Below, one piece after another: positions 62,411-64,000 of a stretch of DNA of 64,000 nucleotides (position 1 is the stretch's first letter; each line of letters begins with the position of its first letter). This DNA comes from Lama glama (lineage: Eukaryota), in contig CM052817.1 of the NCBI GenBank assembly GCA_028534125.1, positions 11,906,001-11,970,000 of the forward strand. The letters are read 5' to 3'. The translations under genes were made by a program, and so were the position numbers. The notes beneath the pieces are model-generated. The model did not search any database. It was not told the DNA's origin and saw only the letters and a program-made list of their open reading frames with translations.

Positions 62411-63244
62411 ATTGAGCCAAAATGTGATCTACCACAGTGTGGACTCTTTCTGTGATGTCTGTAATGGGTGTATGTTTATTAGCAAATGCCTAGAACTCCT
62501 GGTGAGAAACACATTTTACATTACCGGCAGAATACATGGATATATTTATGCATGTGAACATGTAAAACAGAAGCAAAAGCTTTACAAAACAGTGTTTTTT
62601 TTCTCATTTATCTGACTTGTCCACTCCTGTATATTGCCTTTTTTTCTATTTCATTCTCTTCTATTCCACTGGACTTCATGTTTTTACAAGCTTCTCTTTG
62701 ATTCCTGCTGAATTGATTTCATCATCCCTTAAGAGGTTATAAACCATGGATTGAAAATCATAGTTCAATATGGTAAATTTTGAATACCTGGCAAGACATT
62801 AAGTATGGGAGGAATTTAGAGGCAGATGGAATGATATAAACACATTCACCAAGGAGAGGGAATTAAAGTTGTTTCATCAAGGAAGGTACGATGTATGCCA
62901 GGGCACTCATGTAAAAGTTTAATAGCTTATCGGTCCTTCTGACTTTGATAGTTCTAGATATCAGTATAGGGACACTACAGAGAGCAGTTATACTACAGAG
63001 AATAGTTAGGTAATAATAGTGGCATAAAGTTCTTTACAGCGACTCCTAAGGAATAGCTGGGATTTAGTTCTACTTATGTGGGTTTCAGTAAATAAATGTT
63101 TGGTTGTATTAAGCATTTATCTGTACACCGTGGCTTGGTAGTGGAGACCAGATTATAGGCACACTCCCAAAGGGCTTGCAATTCAGATTCATAAAGATAA
63201 CTAAAAGTTACTATATCTCCAGTAATAAAGATTATGAAAAACTT

Positions 63245-63455
63245 TTTGAACTCTTACTCTGTATAGGCTCTGTTCCAGATGGCTTATTGGCATCATCTCA
63301 TTTAAATCAATGACAACCCTGTGAGATGATTACCATCATTCAGCTTAATTCACAGTTAAATACTGAAGTGCCCTTCTTAAGTCTGCACAGCTAGTACACC
63401 ATGAAGTCAGGATTTGGACCCAAGTGTTTTCACTCCAGTGCCTAAATGCAAAGCT
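63245..63455 (-). mobile_element. MIR SINE
   Basis: atctcatttaaatcaatgacaaccctgtgagatg...caggatttggaccca. Confidence 0.7.
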
Positions 63456-63494
63456 TTCAAACAATACATGACCTGGACGAGATATGAGTGAAAT

Positions 63495-63640
63495 TTCTCC
63501 TAGAGATTTTGGAGTGTCCCCCTGCTGACACCTTGATTTCAGGCTTCTGGCCCCTAGAATGGTGAGAGGATAAATCATCATTGTTTTAAGCTACCTATTT
63601 TGTGGTAATCTGTAATAACAGGGCGAGGAAACTAATGTAG
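63495..63640 (+). mobile_element. MLT1 LTR 3' fragment
   Basis: ctgctgacaccttgatttcaggcttctggcc...ttgttttaagctacc...ggaaactaat. Confidence 0.8.
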
Positions 63641-63649
63641 ACAGCTTGA

Positions 63650-63985
63650 CAAAAACAGGAATATTAATACAGTAATCAAGATTCTCCAACAAGTTAAGTG
63701 GTGGGACAAGTTGAGGATTTAGGAATCAAATATGAGGTTTAGAAAGCACAATTTTCAAGGAAATGTATAAAGGCCTATATTAATGAAATTCCAGGTACAA
63801 ACTGAATAGTCATTGTCCAATCTAAGAAGACATTGTACATAATACTGATCAAGAGATCTGTCTCTTTGTTGAGTTAGGGTTTCATTTCACATATAATTCA
63901 ATAACAGCATGGCCATTGATTCTTAAATAAGTTCTGTAACAGAGATTAATCATGGCTTTGTTTTATGTGCACCTTGGTGACCAAG
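63650..63985 (+). mobile_element. Possible L3/CR1 fragment
   Basis: Weak resemblance to the CR1 RT 3' region. Confidence 0.35.
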
Positions 63986-64000
63986 GGAAAATAATTACAA

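Noticed and set aside
1..64000. Prokaryotic-type systems (CRISPR, operons, defence islands) or a host protein-coding gene
   Set aside because: Mammalian repeat landscape with no long ORFs, no repeat-spacer arrays, no CpG island and no recognisable exon chain

Overview
AT-rich eutherian non-coding DNA, either a large intron or intergenic region. It is most likely camelid: there are two tRNA-Ala-derived vic-1-type SINEs, and I saw no Alu, B1, Bov-A/BovB, PRE-1 or Can-SINE. I recognise no host protein-coding gene, functional tRNA, rRNA or CRISPR. The ORF track is essentially chance ORFs plus decayed L1 ORF1 (8071-8554). Much of the window is transposon fossil: many MIR and L2 copies, MaLR LTRs (MLT1), an MLT2, a degraded ERV1 gag-pro-pol interrupted by the 5' half of an L1, an ERV-L gag remnant, a HAL1, a twin-primed (5'-inverted) L1, MER5/hAT MITEs and an LTR nest at 42.3-44.0 kb. 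The most notable structures are: (i) two MER41-like LTRs forming a ~280-bp inverted repeat, with decayed GAS positions in the complete copy; (ii) two unexplained CpG-dense islets (35.3 kb and 36.1 kb) sharing collinear inverted motifs; (iii) a repeat-free block at 11.2-12.35 kb with RFX X-boxes, GC/CACCC boxes, a TATA-like element and a downstream candidate exon. I cannot support a claim of a new biological system, so the findings are testable hypotheses. Repeat family names come from recalled consensus similarity and boundaries are approximate unless a TSD or terminal motif is quoted.
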